Below, piece after piece: positions 51,582-61,453 of a stretch of 64,000 bases of DNA. Source of the DNA: a virus; the IMG/VR virus record IMGVR_UViG_3300033004_000001, positions 1 through 64,000 of that record; one strand, written 5' to 3'. Below the pieces are notes generated by a model. It saw nothing but the letters and a program-made list of their open reading frames with translations, searched no databases and had not been told where the DNA came from. Positions within the stretch are counted from its first letter, which is position 1. Each line of letters starts with the position of its first letter. A program made the translations under genes and the position numbers.

Positions 51582-52830
51582 GACTAAAGCAGTTATGGTA
51601 TATGACTACGGAACATTTGTAGGATTATCAGAAAGACTTGCTAGAGATTTCGGAAAAGTATATTATTACTCTCCTTGGAAATCTTCATTTCCTCAAACTA
51701 AGAATTCGTATTTAGGACTAGGGTTAAAGAATGTTGAAAGAGTTAATGAATTTTTTGATTATATTCAAGATGTTGATTTAATAGTATTTCCTGATGTAAT
51801 GGATGGAGATTTACAATTACATCTTGAATCATTAGGATGTTCTGTATTTGGATGTAGAAAAGGAGAAGAACTAGAATTGAATAGATTAGCTACTAAAAGA
51901 TTACTAAAGAAGTTAGGATTACCAGTTGGAGAATATGAAGTAGTTAAAGGATTAACTAATCTTAGAAAGTATTTAAAAGAACATAAAAATATATGGGTTA
52001 AAGTAGATATATTTAGAGGAGATTTTGAAACTTTCAAGTCAGTTAATTATGATTTTATAGAACCTAGATTATATGAAATTGAGGTTAATTTAGGACCAAT
52101 TAAAGAATTAGTTAATTTTATATGTGAAGAAGATCTTCCAGATAAAGTAGAATTAGGATTTGATGGATACTGTATTGATGGTAAATATCCTACTAAAACA
52201 TTATCAGGAATTGAAGTTAAAGATTTAGGGTATATAGGGATATTTAAAGACTATAATAAATTACCTGATCCCATACTAGAGGTTAATGAAAAGCTTTCCC
52301 CTATACTAAAAAATTATGGATATAGAGGATTATTTAGTACTGAAGTTAGAATTGGTAAAGATCATAAAGGATACTTGATAGATCCTTGTATGAGAGCTGG
52401 CTCACCACCTAATGAAGTGTATCAAGAGATGTATACTAATTTATCAGAGATTATGTATGAAGGTGCTAGAGGCAATATAGTAGATCCAATTGTTGAACAT
52501 AAATTTGCAGTTGAAGTATTAATACATTCTACTTATGCTGAAACTCATTGGTTATCTGTTCAAGTTCCAGAGAAGTATTACAATAATGTTAAGTTTAGAA
52601 ATTGTACTAGACTTGATAAAGTACATTACATAATTCCACAGTATATAGGATTACCAGAAATAGGTGCTGTTACAGTTGTAGGAGATAGTATAGAAGCATG
52701 TACTGAACAAATTGATAAAATAGCAGATGAAGTTAAAGGATTTTATATTGATATTCCATCTCATGCATTAGATAAAGCTAATGAAGAAATAGATAAGTTG
52801 AAAGAATTAGGATATGATTTATTTAAATAA
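51568..52830 (+). CDS. ATP-grasp ligase, PurD (GAR synthetase)-like but divergent
   Basis: VFG....ELE.NR...K..L.K.GLP..EY...L..YL....WVK, EE.L..VE.G, C-terminal IDPCMRAGSPP (cf. EFNxRFGDP). Confidence 0.82.
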   Translation: MTNYKTKAVMVYDYGTFVGLSERLARDFGKVYYYSPWKSSFPQTKNSYLGLGLKNVERVNEFFDYIQDVDLIVFPDVMDGDLQLHLESLGCSVFGCRKGEELELNRLATKRLLKKLGLPVGEYEVVKGLTNLRKYLKEHKNIWVKVDIFRGDFETFKSVNYDFIEPRLYEIEVNLGPIKELVNFICEEDLPDKVELGFDGYCIDGKYPTKTLSGIEVKDLGYIGIFKDYNKLPDPILEVNEKLSPILKNYGYRGLFSTEVRIGKDHKGYLIDPCMRAGSPPNEVYQEMYTNLSEIMYEGARGNIVDPIVEHKFAVEVLIHSTYAETHWLSVQVPEKYYNNVKFRNCTRLDKVHYIIPQYIGLPEIGAVTVVGDSIEACTEQIDKIADEVKGFYIDIPSHALDKANEEIDKLKELGYDLFK

Positions 52831-52832
52831 TT

Positions 52833-55800
52833 ATGATTAATTGTCCGAATAAGAATACAGATGCATGGAGGTCATTAAACTCTTTAGTTCCAGATTTATC
52901 TAATCATATCTGGCATAAATTAGAGGGACAAATCTCTGATAATGGACATCCTATGGAGGATGTAGATAGATTTAATAAGTTATTAGAAGATAATGATAAT
53001 GATTATAAACAAACTTATTTACAATTTCTTGGAGTAGAAGATGCCAAAATAGATTATCAATTTAGATCTGTTAATAATATAATAAAGAATATTATTAAGA
53101 TTGATAATTGGTCTAAACAAATTAAGAATCAAAATCAATTATTTGATAAGATACAGAAGGATCTTGGTATACCTAAAGAACAGATTGAACTTATTAAACA
53201 ATCTGAAGGAAAGGATATTAATGAAAAGTTATTAGATTTCATTAGTAAATATAGTTATACTATTGAAGTTAATACTGCTACAGATAATAAAAAATCTTCA
53301 GATGAATTTATCTTTAATGGAGATAACTATGGTTATGAAATAGTTGGTGATGATTATGGCACAGGAGCAGAAGAAACAGTTCCCACAAGAAATGGAATAG
53401 AGATTTCTCAGCAAGAATTTGATAAAGCTAAAGCAGAATATAGAAGAGATACCAATACTCCTTCTCAATACTATTCAAATCTAACAGTTCCAGGAGGTAC
53501 TAACTATACAGAAAATGAAATACGTACACCTGATATTACACCCAGTATTAAAGGACATGCTCAGTTTAGTACAGATCAAGGTATAGGTTGGTTTAGAAGC
53601 GATGATAAAAAGAGAGATTTAACTGAAGAACAGATTAAAGAAGAATGGCCTTTAATTGAAGGGAGAAGAGTTTATATAGGTAAAAAATATAAGGATAGTA
53701 AAACTCGTCGTATATTAGAAATACAATCTGATTTATTTCAGAAAGGTAGAGATGAAGAGGATTTAACTGAATATAAATATACTCGTTCCGATGAAGGAGA
53801 AATTAATTTTGGAGATGAAGATATTTATAGAGCAGAAAGAATGTTTTATGCTGGAAATGAAGAATATGAGAAAGGATTATCAACAAGATTTAGAGAAAAA
53901 GATGTAAAGAAAAATCAATTCTTACAGCTTCTAAACAAAGATAACAATTGGGTTACATTCTTTATTAAATCTATTATTCAAGATAGTGCTAAGAAAGGAT
54001 ATGAGAAAGTATTATTTCCTAAAGGTGAAACTGCTGCTAAGGTTGAAGGACATGAAACTTTAGCAAATGAACTTACTAAAATAAATAATGAATTAGAACA
54101 ACTTCAAAAAATAGATTTATCCGAAAAAGGTATAGTAGAAGGAACTGGAATTAAGAATAAAATTGCTAACTTAGAACAACGTAAATCTGAACTTAAATCT
54201 CAAGGTATAGAAAAACTTAAACCTATTGAAGCATTTTATGAAATTAAAGTACAGAATATATTAAAGAAGATAGACCCTAATATTAAAACTATTACAGATG
54301 AATTTGGTAATCAATGGTTAGAGTACCAATTAACAGATAAAGATTTAAATAATATAGAATTTCAGAAAGCAAATGGAGAATCTTATATATTTAATAAGAA
54401 ATTAAACGATCAAATTAAACAGATATTACAAAAATTATATCCAGAAGTTAAATTAAATTATACAACTAATTTAGAAGGAATTAGAGGACAATATCAAGCT
54501 GGAAAAATATTAATAAACTCATTATCACAAAATACAGATACTCTTCCTCATGAATATGCTCATCATTATATTAAGATGTTTATTAAAAGTGATATTGTTA
54601 AACAAGGAATTAAATTATTTGGATCAGAGGAGAAACTAGTTCAATCTATTGGAGAACAATCCATTAGAGCATTAAAATGGTATCAGAAATTATATGATTG
54701 GTTAAAAGGATTATTTAGTTCTAAACAATCATTATTAAATAACTTAACAAATAGTTTCTTAGAATATAATAGATTATTAGATAAATCTGCTATTTCTACC
54801 GAAAGAATGTATCAAAAAATTACTAAAGAAGATGTTACTGGAGATACTAAGAAACCATTAAATGATGTATTATCATTACCAGAAGTACCTCTTGAATCTA
54901 AATTTACTAAGTTAGATAAGATGTCTGAAATTAAAGAGAAAGCTATAAAACGATTAGAATTTAAGAGAGAACTAAATATAAAAAGAAAAAAACCTAGTTT
55001 TGATCCTGAAGCAGAAAAAGTATTTATTGAAGAAATAAAAAAATTAGAAGCATCTCAAGCTATGCTTAGATTTACTAGAAGAGCATCAAAAACTGTAGAT
55101 GGTATATATTCTCAATGGTTAAAGATAAAAGAAAAAATTAAATTAATAGATGAAGGTAAGCTAAATATAGATAAAAGTGTAGTATTAAATCCTCAAATAT
55201 TATCTCAATGGGCTGACTATTTATCAGCTTTTGATTCACTTGAAGAATTTAGAAATGCCCTTGTAGCAGATGGGTCATTATATAAGGATGAAGTTCTAAA
55301 GAAGATGTTAAATGATACTATTGAAAAAAAGAATGCAATTGAGAAATTATACGATGTAGAGGGATATGATATGATGGCTGGGTTTCTTGAACCTCATAAT
55401 GATCAGATACGTAAAGATTTTGAAATTCTAGCTAGTAAGAGTTATAAGAAATTAACACCTGAACAGAAATCTCAAATATCAGAAGAAAGATACATTCAAG
55501 TTCAAAAAGAACTTAAAGAAACCAAACTTAATGAACAAACTTTTTTAATGTTACGTAATGAATTACAGAAAGCTACAAGTGATATAGGATTAGCTAGACG
55601 TTGGGTTGGAAATATTTTGAATTCTTCTAATCCAGTTATTGCAGCAGTTGGACAGATAATATCCTTTGCTGAAATGAAAGTTCATGGTAGGAAGATAGAA
55701 ATTAGGAATAGAATGATGCCTATTTTAGAGAAACTAGAAAAGTTAAAAAAAGGATATAAAGATATTAGAGATATATATGATCAAATTTTAGAACCTAAAA

Positions 55801-58025
55801 CTAATCGTTTAATAAGTAAATGGGGTAGTGAATTCTTAGATGCTTATGATAAAGTTAAAAATGATGCTAAGCAAAATGATAAGTTAACTGATGATGAAAG
55901 AGGTAATATCATTAAGAAATGGCTTGGAGAAAATACTGATTTTGATGGACTTCAATTTCGTAAAGATAAATGGAGTTATATAGATTCTCTTGAAAAGAAT
56001 GGAGAAATATCTTCTGAAGATGTAAGAGCTTTAGAAGTAAATGAAGCTGATAAATATTGGTCTAAGTCTCCTCATGCATTATTTGAAGATGGAAGAATAT
56101 CAGAAAATACAGCTAATTTAATAGCAGGATGGCAATCTGAGCATTCATGGGATTATAGAACACTTAAAGATGAGTGGCTTAAGAAAAATCCTCAATGGGA
56201 TAAATTTCAAGCTTTACGTAAATCTAATCCGAACGATCCCATAGTTGAATTTTATGACTTTATCAAAGAATATGAAGATGAATTTAATTCATATCTTCCA
56301 GCTAGTATGAGATTAAGAAATGGACAATTACCAGGAGTAATGAAAACTTCTGATGAAAGATTAAAAGCTGGAGAATCATTTCTTAATATAACTAAAGCTA
56401 AATTACAAAGAACTTTTGATTTCGTAGCTACTGATGATATAACTAGAGGTAATGAACCGTTAATCGATGAAAGAGGAAATAAAAGATATTTTATTCCAAT
56501 GTATTATACTAGCAAGTTGGATGCTAAAGATCAATCATTTGATTTAGCTACAGCATACTTTAAATGGTTTTCAACAGCCGCTGATTATGAATCTAAAAAT
56601 TCTATCTATCCAGAAATGGAAATGATTAGACATTTTATAGAGACTAGAAAACCAGATATTCAAACTAAAGGAAAAAAAGAATTAAAATTTTATAATAGAT
56701 TATCAGAACAGTTTAATGATTGGTTTGAAATGGTATTCTATGGAGTTAAACAAAAAGATGAAGGCAAATTTAAAATATTTGGATTAACTATTGATACAGC
56801 TAAATTTTTAGATTTTATTAGTAAATCTACTGCTTATAATATTTTATCATTAAACTTCAGAGCTGGTATATCAAATCCTTTAATTGGAGAAGTTTTAAAT
56901 ACTGGTGAGGCAATAGCTAAGCAACACATGGATCTTAAATCTTTTCATAAAGCTCATGCTTATTATTTTAAAAATCTTCCTGGAATGTTAGGAGATGTTG
57001 GTAAAAGAAAGCCATCAAATATAGTTAATTTGTTAAGTGAAAAGTTCAAAGTAGATCCTGATCAGATGAACAATAGATTCAGAGATGACACAAGATTGAA
57101 AGAATTAGCAAAGAGTAGTAGTTTGTTTTTTATGATGACATCTGGAGATACTTATTTAAATAATACTTTATTTCTAGGAATGTTAGATCATAAGATAGCT
57201 TATGATAAAGATGGGAATAAATTAGGATCTATGTTAGATCAATATTCTAAAGATAAACAAGGTAATTTAGTTCTTAATAAAGAAGTTAGTTTAGATAAAT
57301 CTAATTGGAATGAAACTGATCAACTTAAATTTGGTAATAAAGTACAATATGTAATCGAAGGAGTTCAAGGTAACTATACACAACTTGGTAAGACTGCTGT
57401 ACAACGATTTGCGTTAGGTAGAATGGCTATAATGTTTAGAAAGTTTGTAGTTCCTGGGATAGAGAAAAGATATGATAAAAAACAATTTACTCAAAGATTA
57501 GGTGACTATACTGAAGGATATTATAGAACTACTGGAAGATTTTTAGCTAATTTATATAAAGAATTTAAAACATATCAATTTCATGTATTAGGATTAGAAT
57601 GGGATAAATTAGATCATATAGAAAAAGCCAATATTGTTAGAACTATATCAGAATTAGGATTTATGCTTACAGCTTTAGTTATAGGTGGAGCAATGACTAG
57701 AAAAGATAGAGATGATAGTGATGATTCATGGTTCTATAATTTCTCTGCATATCAATTATTGAGACTAAAGACAGAATTATTATTCTATACTAATCCTGCA
57801 GAAGCAATGCAGATATTAAGATCTCCAATGGCTACTATGTCTTTATTTGAAACTACTATGAAGATATTTCACCAAATGTTACATCCTACAGATAGATATA
57901 CTGCTGGAGTTCCTGAATGGAAAGGACATCTTAAAATGGAAAAATTACTATATGATTTACTTCCAGTATTTAGAGCTAATTATCAACTTAGAGATATTAA
58001 AACTCAAGTTAGTTTTATGAAATAA
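52833..58025 (+). CDS. Large virion cargo / polyvalent protein with zincin-like protease domain
   Basis: N-terminal CPN.N, EIQSD domain, LPHEYAHH at ~54549, C-terminal GNY...G....FRK..EGYY region of crAss post-RNAP proteins. Confidence 0.78.
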   Translation: MINCPNKNTDAWRSLNSLVPDLSNHIWHKLEGQISDNGHPMEDVDRFNKLLEDNDNDYKQTYLQFLGVEDAKIDYQFRSVNNIIKNIIKIDNWSKQIKNQNQLFDKIQKDLGIPKEQIELIKQSEGKDINEKLLDFISKYSYTIEVNTATDNKKSSDEFIFNGDNYGYEIVGDDYGTGAEETVPTRNGIEISQQEFDKAKAEYRRDTNTPSQYYSNLTVPGGTNYTENEIRTPDITPSIKGHAQFSTDQGIGWFRSDDKKRDLTEEQIKEEWPLIEGRRVYIGKKYKDSKTRRILEIQSDLFQKGRDEEDLTEYKYTRSDEGEINFGDEDIYRAERMFYAGNEEYEKGLSTRFREKDVKKNQFLQLLNKDNNWVTFFIKSIIQDSAKKGYEKVLFPKGETAAKVEGHETLANELTKINNELEQLQKIDLSEKGIVEGTGIKNKIANLEQRKSELKSQGIEKLKPIEAFYEIKVQNILKKIDPNIKTITDEFGNQWLEYQLTDKDLNNIEFQKANGESYIFNKKLNDQIKQILQKLYPEVKLNYTTNLEGIRGQYQAGKILINSLSQNTDTLPHEYAHHYIKMFIKSDIVKQGIKLFGSEEKLVQSIGEQSIRALKWYQKLYDWLKGLFSSKQSLLNNLTNSFLEYNRLLDKSAISTERMYQKITKEDVTGDTKKPLNDVLSLPEVPLESKFTKLDKMSEIKEKAIKRLEFKRELNIKRKKPSFDPEAEKVFIEEIKKLEASQAMLRFTRRASKTVDGIYSQWLKIKEKIKLIDEGKLNIDKSVVLNPQILSQWADYLSAFDSLEEFRNALVADGSLYKDEVLKKMLNDTIEKKNAIEKLYDVEGYDMMAGFLEPHNDQIRKDFEILASKSYKKLTPEQKSQISEERYIQVQKELKETKLNEQTFLMLRNELQKATSDIGLARRWVGNILNSSNPVIAAVGQIISFAEMKVHGRKIEIRNRMMPILEKLEKLKKGYKDIRDIYDQILEPKTNRLISKWGSEFLDAYDKVKNDAKQNDKLTDDERGNIIKKWLGENTDFDGLQFRKDKWSYIDSLEKNGEISSEDVRALEVNEADKYWSKSPHALFEDGRISENTANLIAGWQSEHSWDYRTLKDEWLKKNPQWDKFQALRKSNPNDPIVEFYDFIKEYEDEFNSYLPASMRLRNGQLPGVMKTSDERLKAGESFLNITKAKLQRTFDFVATDDITRGNEPLIDERGNKRYFIPMYYTSKLDAKDQSFDLATAYFKWFSTAADYESKNSIYPEMEMIRHFIETRKPDIQTKGKKELKFYNRLSEQFNDWFEMVFYGVKQKDEGKFKIFGLTIDTAKFLDFISKSTAYNILSLNFRAGISNPLIGEVLNTGEAIAKQHMDLKSFHKAHAYYFKNLPGMLGDVGKRKPSNIVNLLSEKFKVDPDQMNNRFRDDTRLKELAKSSSLFFMMTSGDTYLNNTLFLGMLDHKIAYDKDGNKLGSMLDQYSKDKQGNLVLNKEVSLDKSNWNETDQLKFGNKVQYVIEGVQGNYTQLGKTAVQRFALGRMAIMFRKFVVPGIEKRYDKKQFTQRLGDYTEGYYRTTGRFLANLYKEFKTYQFHVLGLEWDKLDHIEKANIVRTISELGFMLTALVIGGAMTRKDRDDSDDSWFYNFSAYQLLRLKTELLFYTNPAEAMQILRSPMATMSLFETTMKIFHQMLHPTDRYTAGVPEWKGHLKMEKLLYDLLPVFRANYQLRDIKTQVSFMK

Positions 58026-58040
58026 TATATAATATATCTT

Positions 58041-58090
58041 AAAATAGATAAGGGCTTACCTCAGTAATGAGATAGGCCCTTTCTATTTTT
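58041..58090. terminator. Bidirectional terminator at convergent strand switch
   Basis: AAAATAGA-AAGGGCTTA...TAGGCCCTT-TCTATTTT inverted repeat between converging genes. Confidence 0.85.
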
Positions 58091-58112
58091 ATCAACCTCT
58101 TAAATTGATATA

Positions 58113-59093
58113 TTAATTTTTACATATTTCAGCAAGTTGTTCAAAATTATCTATTTTCTTGGGTTTATTATCAGTTACACAAATTTCAACTAATTCTTTA
58201 GAATTATCTTTGTTAAATCCAGATACTACTGGTCTAGATATCTTGCTATCATCTTTATTAATAATGACTTTTCTAGTTATACCTTTCTCTTCTTTATCAA
58301 TTACAGATGCTATAACATCTCTAAGAATATGTTTAATTCTATCAATAGATGTATTTTTATGTTTCTTAATCTTAGCTACTAAATTAACAAGATCTATTTT
58401 AGATTCATATCCAGTAGGAATTAAACCGGTAATAATACTCTTTAAAATATTATCATCATTGAATGTAAATTCGAATATCTTTTCAAATCTACTAGGTCTA
58501 TCTTTAATAAAACTTGGTAATCTATCAGTATCATTAACAGTAGCAATAATAATTAAATTATCTCTTTCTTTAGCACCACTTAAGAATGATAACATATTAG
58601 TATCATATCTATCAAATGTCTTTTCAAACTCATCAATAATAAGAATAATAGTTCTGTCTTTATCATCTTGTCTAATTCTATCTATTAATCCTGAATAATC
58701 AACTGCTTGAGTAACTAGTATTCCAATTGCATCATACTTATCACATACTTCATCTGCAATCTGTCCAGCTAGAAATGTCTTTCCAGTTCCTGGATCACCA
58801 TTAAACATTACACCAAGCTTATTTCTCATATTTAGTAGAGATCTAGCTTTAGCTAATGACTCATCAAAAAACTCATTAAAGAAATTTCTACATTCTTTAA
58901 ATATTCCAGTATTTAACCTAACGCCTTTTTTATAATCATTATTAATAGCAAATGAAATAACTGGTGGAGCAAATGGGCCATCAGTATTTCTTATTATTAA
59001 GTTGTACATTCCTTTTTCTAATCTATTAGTTATGTTTTCAGGATTAGCACCAACTAATTTAAATTCATTATTTTTAGTATCTATTTCAAACAT
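58113..59093 (-). CDS. AAA+ ATPase
   Basis: Walker A GDPGTGKT, Walker B IIDEFE, sensor ATVN, arginine finger RPSRF. Confidence 0.9.
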   Translation of the reverse strand: MFEIDTKNNEFKLVGANPENITNRLEKGMYNLIIRNTDGPFAPPVISFAINNDYKKGVRLNTGIFKECRNFFNEFFDESLAKARSLLNMRNKLGVMFNGDPGTGKTFLAGQIADEVCDKYDAIGILVTQAVDYSGLIDRIRQDDKDRTIILIIDEFEKTFDRYDTNMLSFLSGAKERDNLIIIATVNDTDRLPSFIKDRPSRFEKIFEFTFNDDNILKSIITGLIPTGYESKIDLVNLVAKIKKHKNTSIDRIKHILRDVIASVIDKEEKGITRKVIINKDDSKISRPVVSGFNKDNSKELVEICVTDNKPKKIDNFEQLAEICKN

Positions 59094-59146
59094 TTTGTTT
59101 ATTTGTTAAATTTGGAATATTATTAAAATAAAGCCCTAGGACGAAT

Positions 59147-59184
59147 AAAAAACCCCAAGTGATACTCTAGTACCACTCAGGGGG
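59147..59184 (-). terminator. Intrinsic terminator
   Basis: Minus strand CCCCCTGAGTGGTAC-taga-GTATCACTTGGGG-TTTTTT. Confidence 0.8.
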
Positions 59185-59228
59185 AGATCGTTTAACTACG
59201 AGCTTAGAAATGGTCTTTAAATAGGTTT

Positions 59229-59975
59229 TTAAAACCAACTTACTATTTGACTCATTAAACCTAGACCAGAATTACCATTACACTTAATCTTATCTATTTC
59301 TTTTTCCTTTTCTAGTATCTCTTTTTGAGCTATAACTCTAGCATTCCTATCAAGAACACCACTCCAGATACGTTTGAAGATATTAGTAGAAGTTAAGTTT
59401 TTAACTGTCTTTTCAAGATCTTTAATACGGAGTTTTAAATCAATAATCTCTTTCTCACGTTTTTCAGCTTCTTGTTCATCAGTCTTATCTTCTTTAACTT
59501 TTTTAAGTTCTTCTTTTAAATTAGCTAACTTTTCAGTTATATCTCTGTTTTTCTTTTCATATTCTAACTTAACATCAAGACGATATTGTTCATACTTATC
59601 TTCTATACTTTTATTAACTCTTTTGTATTCAGAAGTAATAGAATCTACTTTATTAGTTAATTCTTTAATAGAATTATCTTTTTCATCAATTACTTTCTTA
59701 TACTTCTTACCAACTAATTCTTCAACATCACCAAGATTACGAGTTTCAATAGATTCTACTATAAATTCTTTACTTGCATCACAATATCCACGATCTCTAT
59801 TTCTACCAGTTACAACTTTAACTTCTTTTTGTCCTTCTTCAATCTTCTTTTCAAGATTCTTTTTATCAGCTTCTAATCCTCCAACTTGTTGTAAGAGAAT
59901 TGCATTCTGTTTTTCTAAAGAAATTAATCTATCAACTGAAATCTCATTATTAGTGTTAACTACTTTTGTTTCCAT
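59229..59975 (-). CDS. Coiled-coil protein
   Basis: Long K/E heptads. Confidence 0.75.
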   Translation of the reverse strand: METKVVNTNNEISVDRLISLEKQNAILLQQVGGLEADKKNLEKKIEEGQKEVKVVTGRNRDRGYCDASKEFIVESIETRNLGDVEELVGKKYKKVIDEKDNSIKELTNKVDSITSEYKRVNKSIEDKYEQYRLDVKLEYEKKNRDITEKLANLKEELKKVKEDKTDEQEAEKREKEIIDLKLRIKDLEKTVKNLTSTNIFKRIWSGVLDRNARVIAQKEILEKEKEIDKIKCNGNSGLGLMSQIVSWF

Positions 59976-60006
59976 TTGCTATATTTGTTAAATTTGTAAT
60001 TAATAA

Positions 60007-60468
60007 TTAATCATATAAATCATAATCTTCATCATCTTCATCTACTGGAATAGTTACTTCTTCTTTATATAAATGTTTATCAACATCTATATGTTCAGAT
60101 ATATTTTTAATAATAGTTTCAAAATCCGTAGGAACTATTAATTGTAAACGACTTTTAAGATCATCTATAATTCTATTTTTTATGACATATATTTCTCTAA
60201 TTTTCAAAGATTCAAGAGTTTTTTTGTCTAATAATTCTTTTTCTACTGAAAGATTACAATAATTATCTACTCCCATCTTTTTCAGATCTTTACATATATC
60301 AATACACTTTGAAGAAAAATCTTCAATAGTAGTATAATTATCTTTATATTTATCAGATTCTCTTATAGCTTTAAGTTTATTATTAATTTGTGGTAAAATA
60401 TAATCTCTTTCGAGAATAGTTACTAATCCATTTATTTGGTCTTTTGTCAAAAATTGTATTGTTTCCAT
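60007..60468 (-). CDS. Hypothetical protein with acidic tail
   Basis: ORF track, operon context. Confidence 0.7.
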   Translation of the reverse strand: METIQFLTKDQINGLVTILERDYILPQINNKLKAIRESDKYKDNYTTIEDFSSKCIDICKDLKKMGVDNYCNLSVEKELLDKKTLESLKIREIYVIKNRIIDDLKSRLQLIVPTDFETIIKNISEHIDVDKHLYKEEVTIPVDEDDEDYDLYD

Positions 60469-60493
60469 CTTTTGGTAATTTAGTTTAACGTTA

Positions 60494-61453
60494 TTATAAT
60501 TTTTCTATTCCATTATTTTCATAGTAAGATCTAGTATGATTCCATTGATTAGTTTCGTAATGCCAACTAATCTCTGGTAATATAGATTCTATTTCATCTA
60601 ATCCTTTAGATAACCATGATTCTTCTATATTAAATACTTTACATTCAGGAATATCTCCTTTTTGTAATCCTATTATATAAGTTTCATGTTTATATTCTCT
60701 AAACTCTGGATATTGATAATATATTGCTAACCAATAGAAAGCTAATTGTCTATAATATTTTAACTCTTCAAATGAATCATTAAATTTTCCAAGATTAACT
60801 GTAGTCTTAATATCTATTAATTTGATAATTTTGTTATTATAATCAACTATCATTCTATCTATCATAGACTTACAATCTATTCCTAAAAAATTAAAGAATA
60901 TAACTTTTTCATTATATTCTTCTATATTATTCATTCTATCTTCATCTGTTAAATAGATTAATCTATTAGCAGCAATATGATCTTTAACACATTGTTCTAG
61001 ATCATTTATTAACTTATGATCAGAGTATGTTAGTATATCTTTATATTCAGATCTTTTTTTTAAGTAGCTAATGTACTTGCTAAGTTGTTGTTTAAGCTCT
61101 CTTGCTTTTTCAATGATCTTTTCTTTAGGAAGTTTATCTGCTGTATAGTTGTTTTTATAAGCATAGATAAGTTTGTCTTCCATTTTTTTAGATCTGTAAG
61201 TAATATAGTCTTCACAGAACTTACGTTGGTTCTCGGATTTAGGTGTACTATAATCCAAGAATATATAGTTTTTATTAAATTCTTCATTTTCAAGTAGTTT
61301 CATATGTACCTTCTTACCAATTTCTAACCATCTCATTGGTAATTGTTCTATCTCTTTATCTAACATTTTCTTAAAATATAAAGGAGATATTTCAAACCAT
61401 TTTAAAGATGATGAAGATACTCGTTTCTCATTAAAATATTCTTTCTCTGTCAT
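60494..61453 (-). CDS. PD-(D/E)XK exonuclease (RecB/ExoVIII-like)
   Basis: SSSSLK, G...H, NE, KSMIDR, IDIKTT, Y.RQLAFY. Confidence 0.85.
   Translation of the reverse strand: MTEKEYFNEKRVSSSSLKWFEISPLYFKKMLDKEIEQLPMRWLEIGKKVHMKLLENEEFNKNYIFLDYSTPKSENQRKFCEDYITYRSKKMEDKLIYAYKNNYTADKLPKEKIIEKARELKQQLSKYISYLKKRSEYKDILTYSDHKLINDLEQCVKDHIAANRLIYLTDEDRMNNIEEYNEKVIFFNFLGIDCKSMIDRMIVDYNNKIIKLIDIKTTVNLGKFNDSFEELKYYRQLAFYWLAIYYQYPEFREYKHETYIIGLQKGDIPECKVFNIEESWLSKGLDEIESILPEISWHYETNQWNHTRSYYENNGIEKL

Noticed and set aside
7187-52037. Short antisense or alternate-frame ORFs inside structural genes (e.g. 7187, 8232, 8669, 14502, 20643, 27273, 39175, 40303, 48823, 51765)
   Set aside because: Fully nested in long genes, biased composition, no motifs or initiation context.
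51568-52830. Calling the ATP-grasp gene a true purD auxiliary metabolic gene
   Set aside because: Lacks the N-terminal GxGGREH motif, the GLAxGKGV loop and the NTGGMG motif of PurD; EFN is replaced by DPC.
4241-58025. Stop-codon reassignment (TAG=Gln or TGA=Trp) known in some Crassvirales
   Set aside because: All late genes, including the 12-kb RNAP, are intact in the standard code and tile the sequence tightly; the few TAG/TGA stops fall at normal gene junctions.
58159-59991. Long plus-strand ORFs 58159-58698 and 59374-59991
   Set aside because: Antisense shadows (Leu/Ser/Phe-rich mirror of Lys/Glu codons) of well-supported minus-strand genes.
59100-59996. TAnnTTTG Bacteroidota sigma70 -7 boxes on the + strand
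   Set aside because: They point away from the local genes and are better explained as the complement of A-rich leaders.
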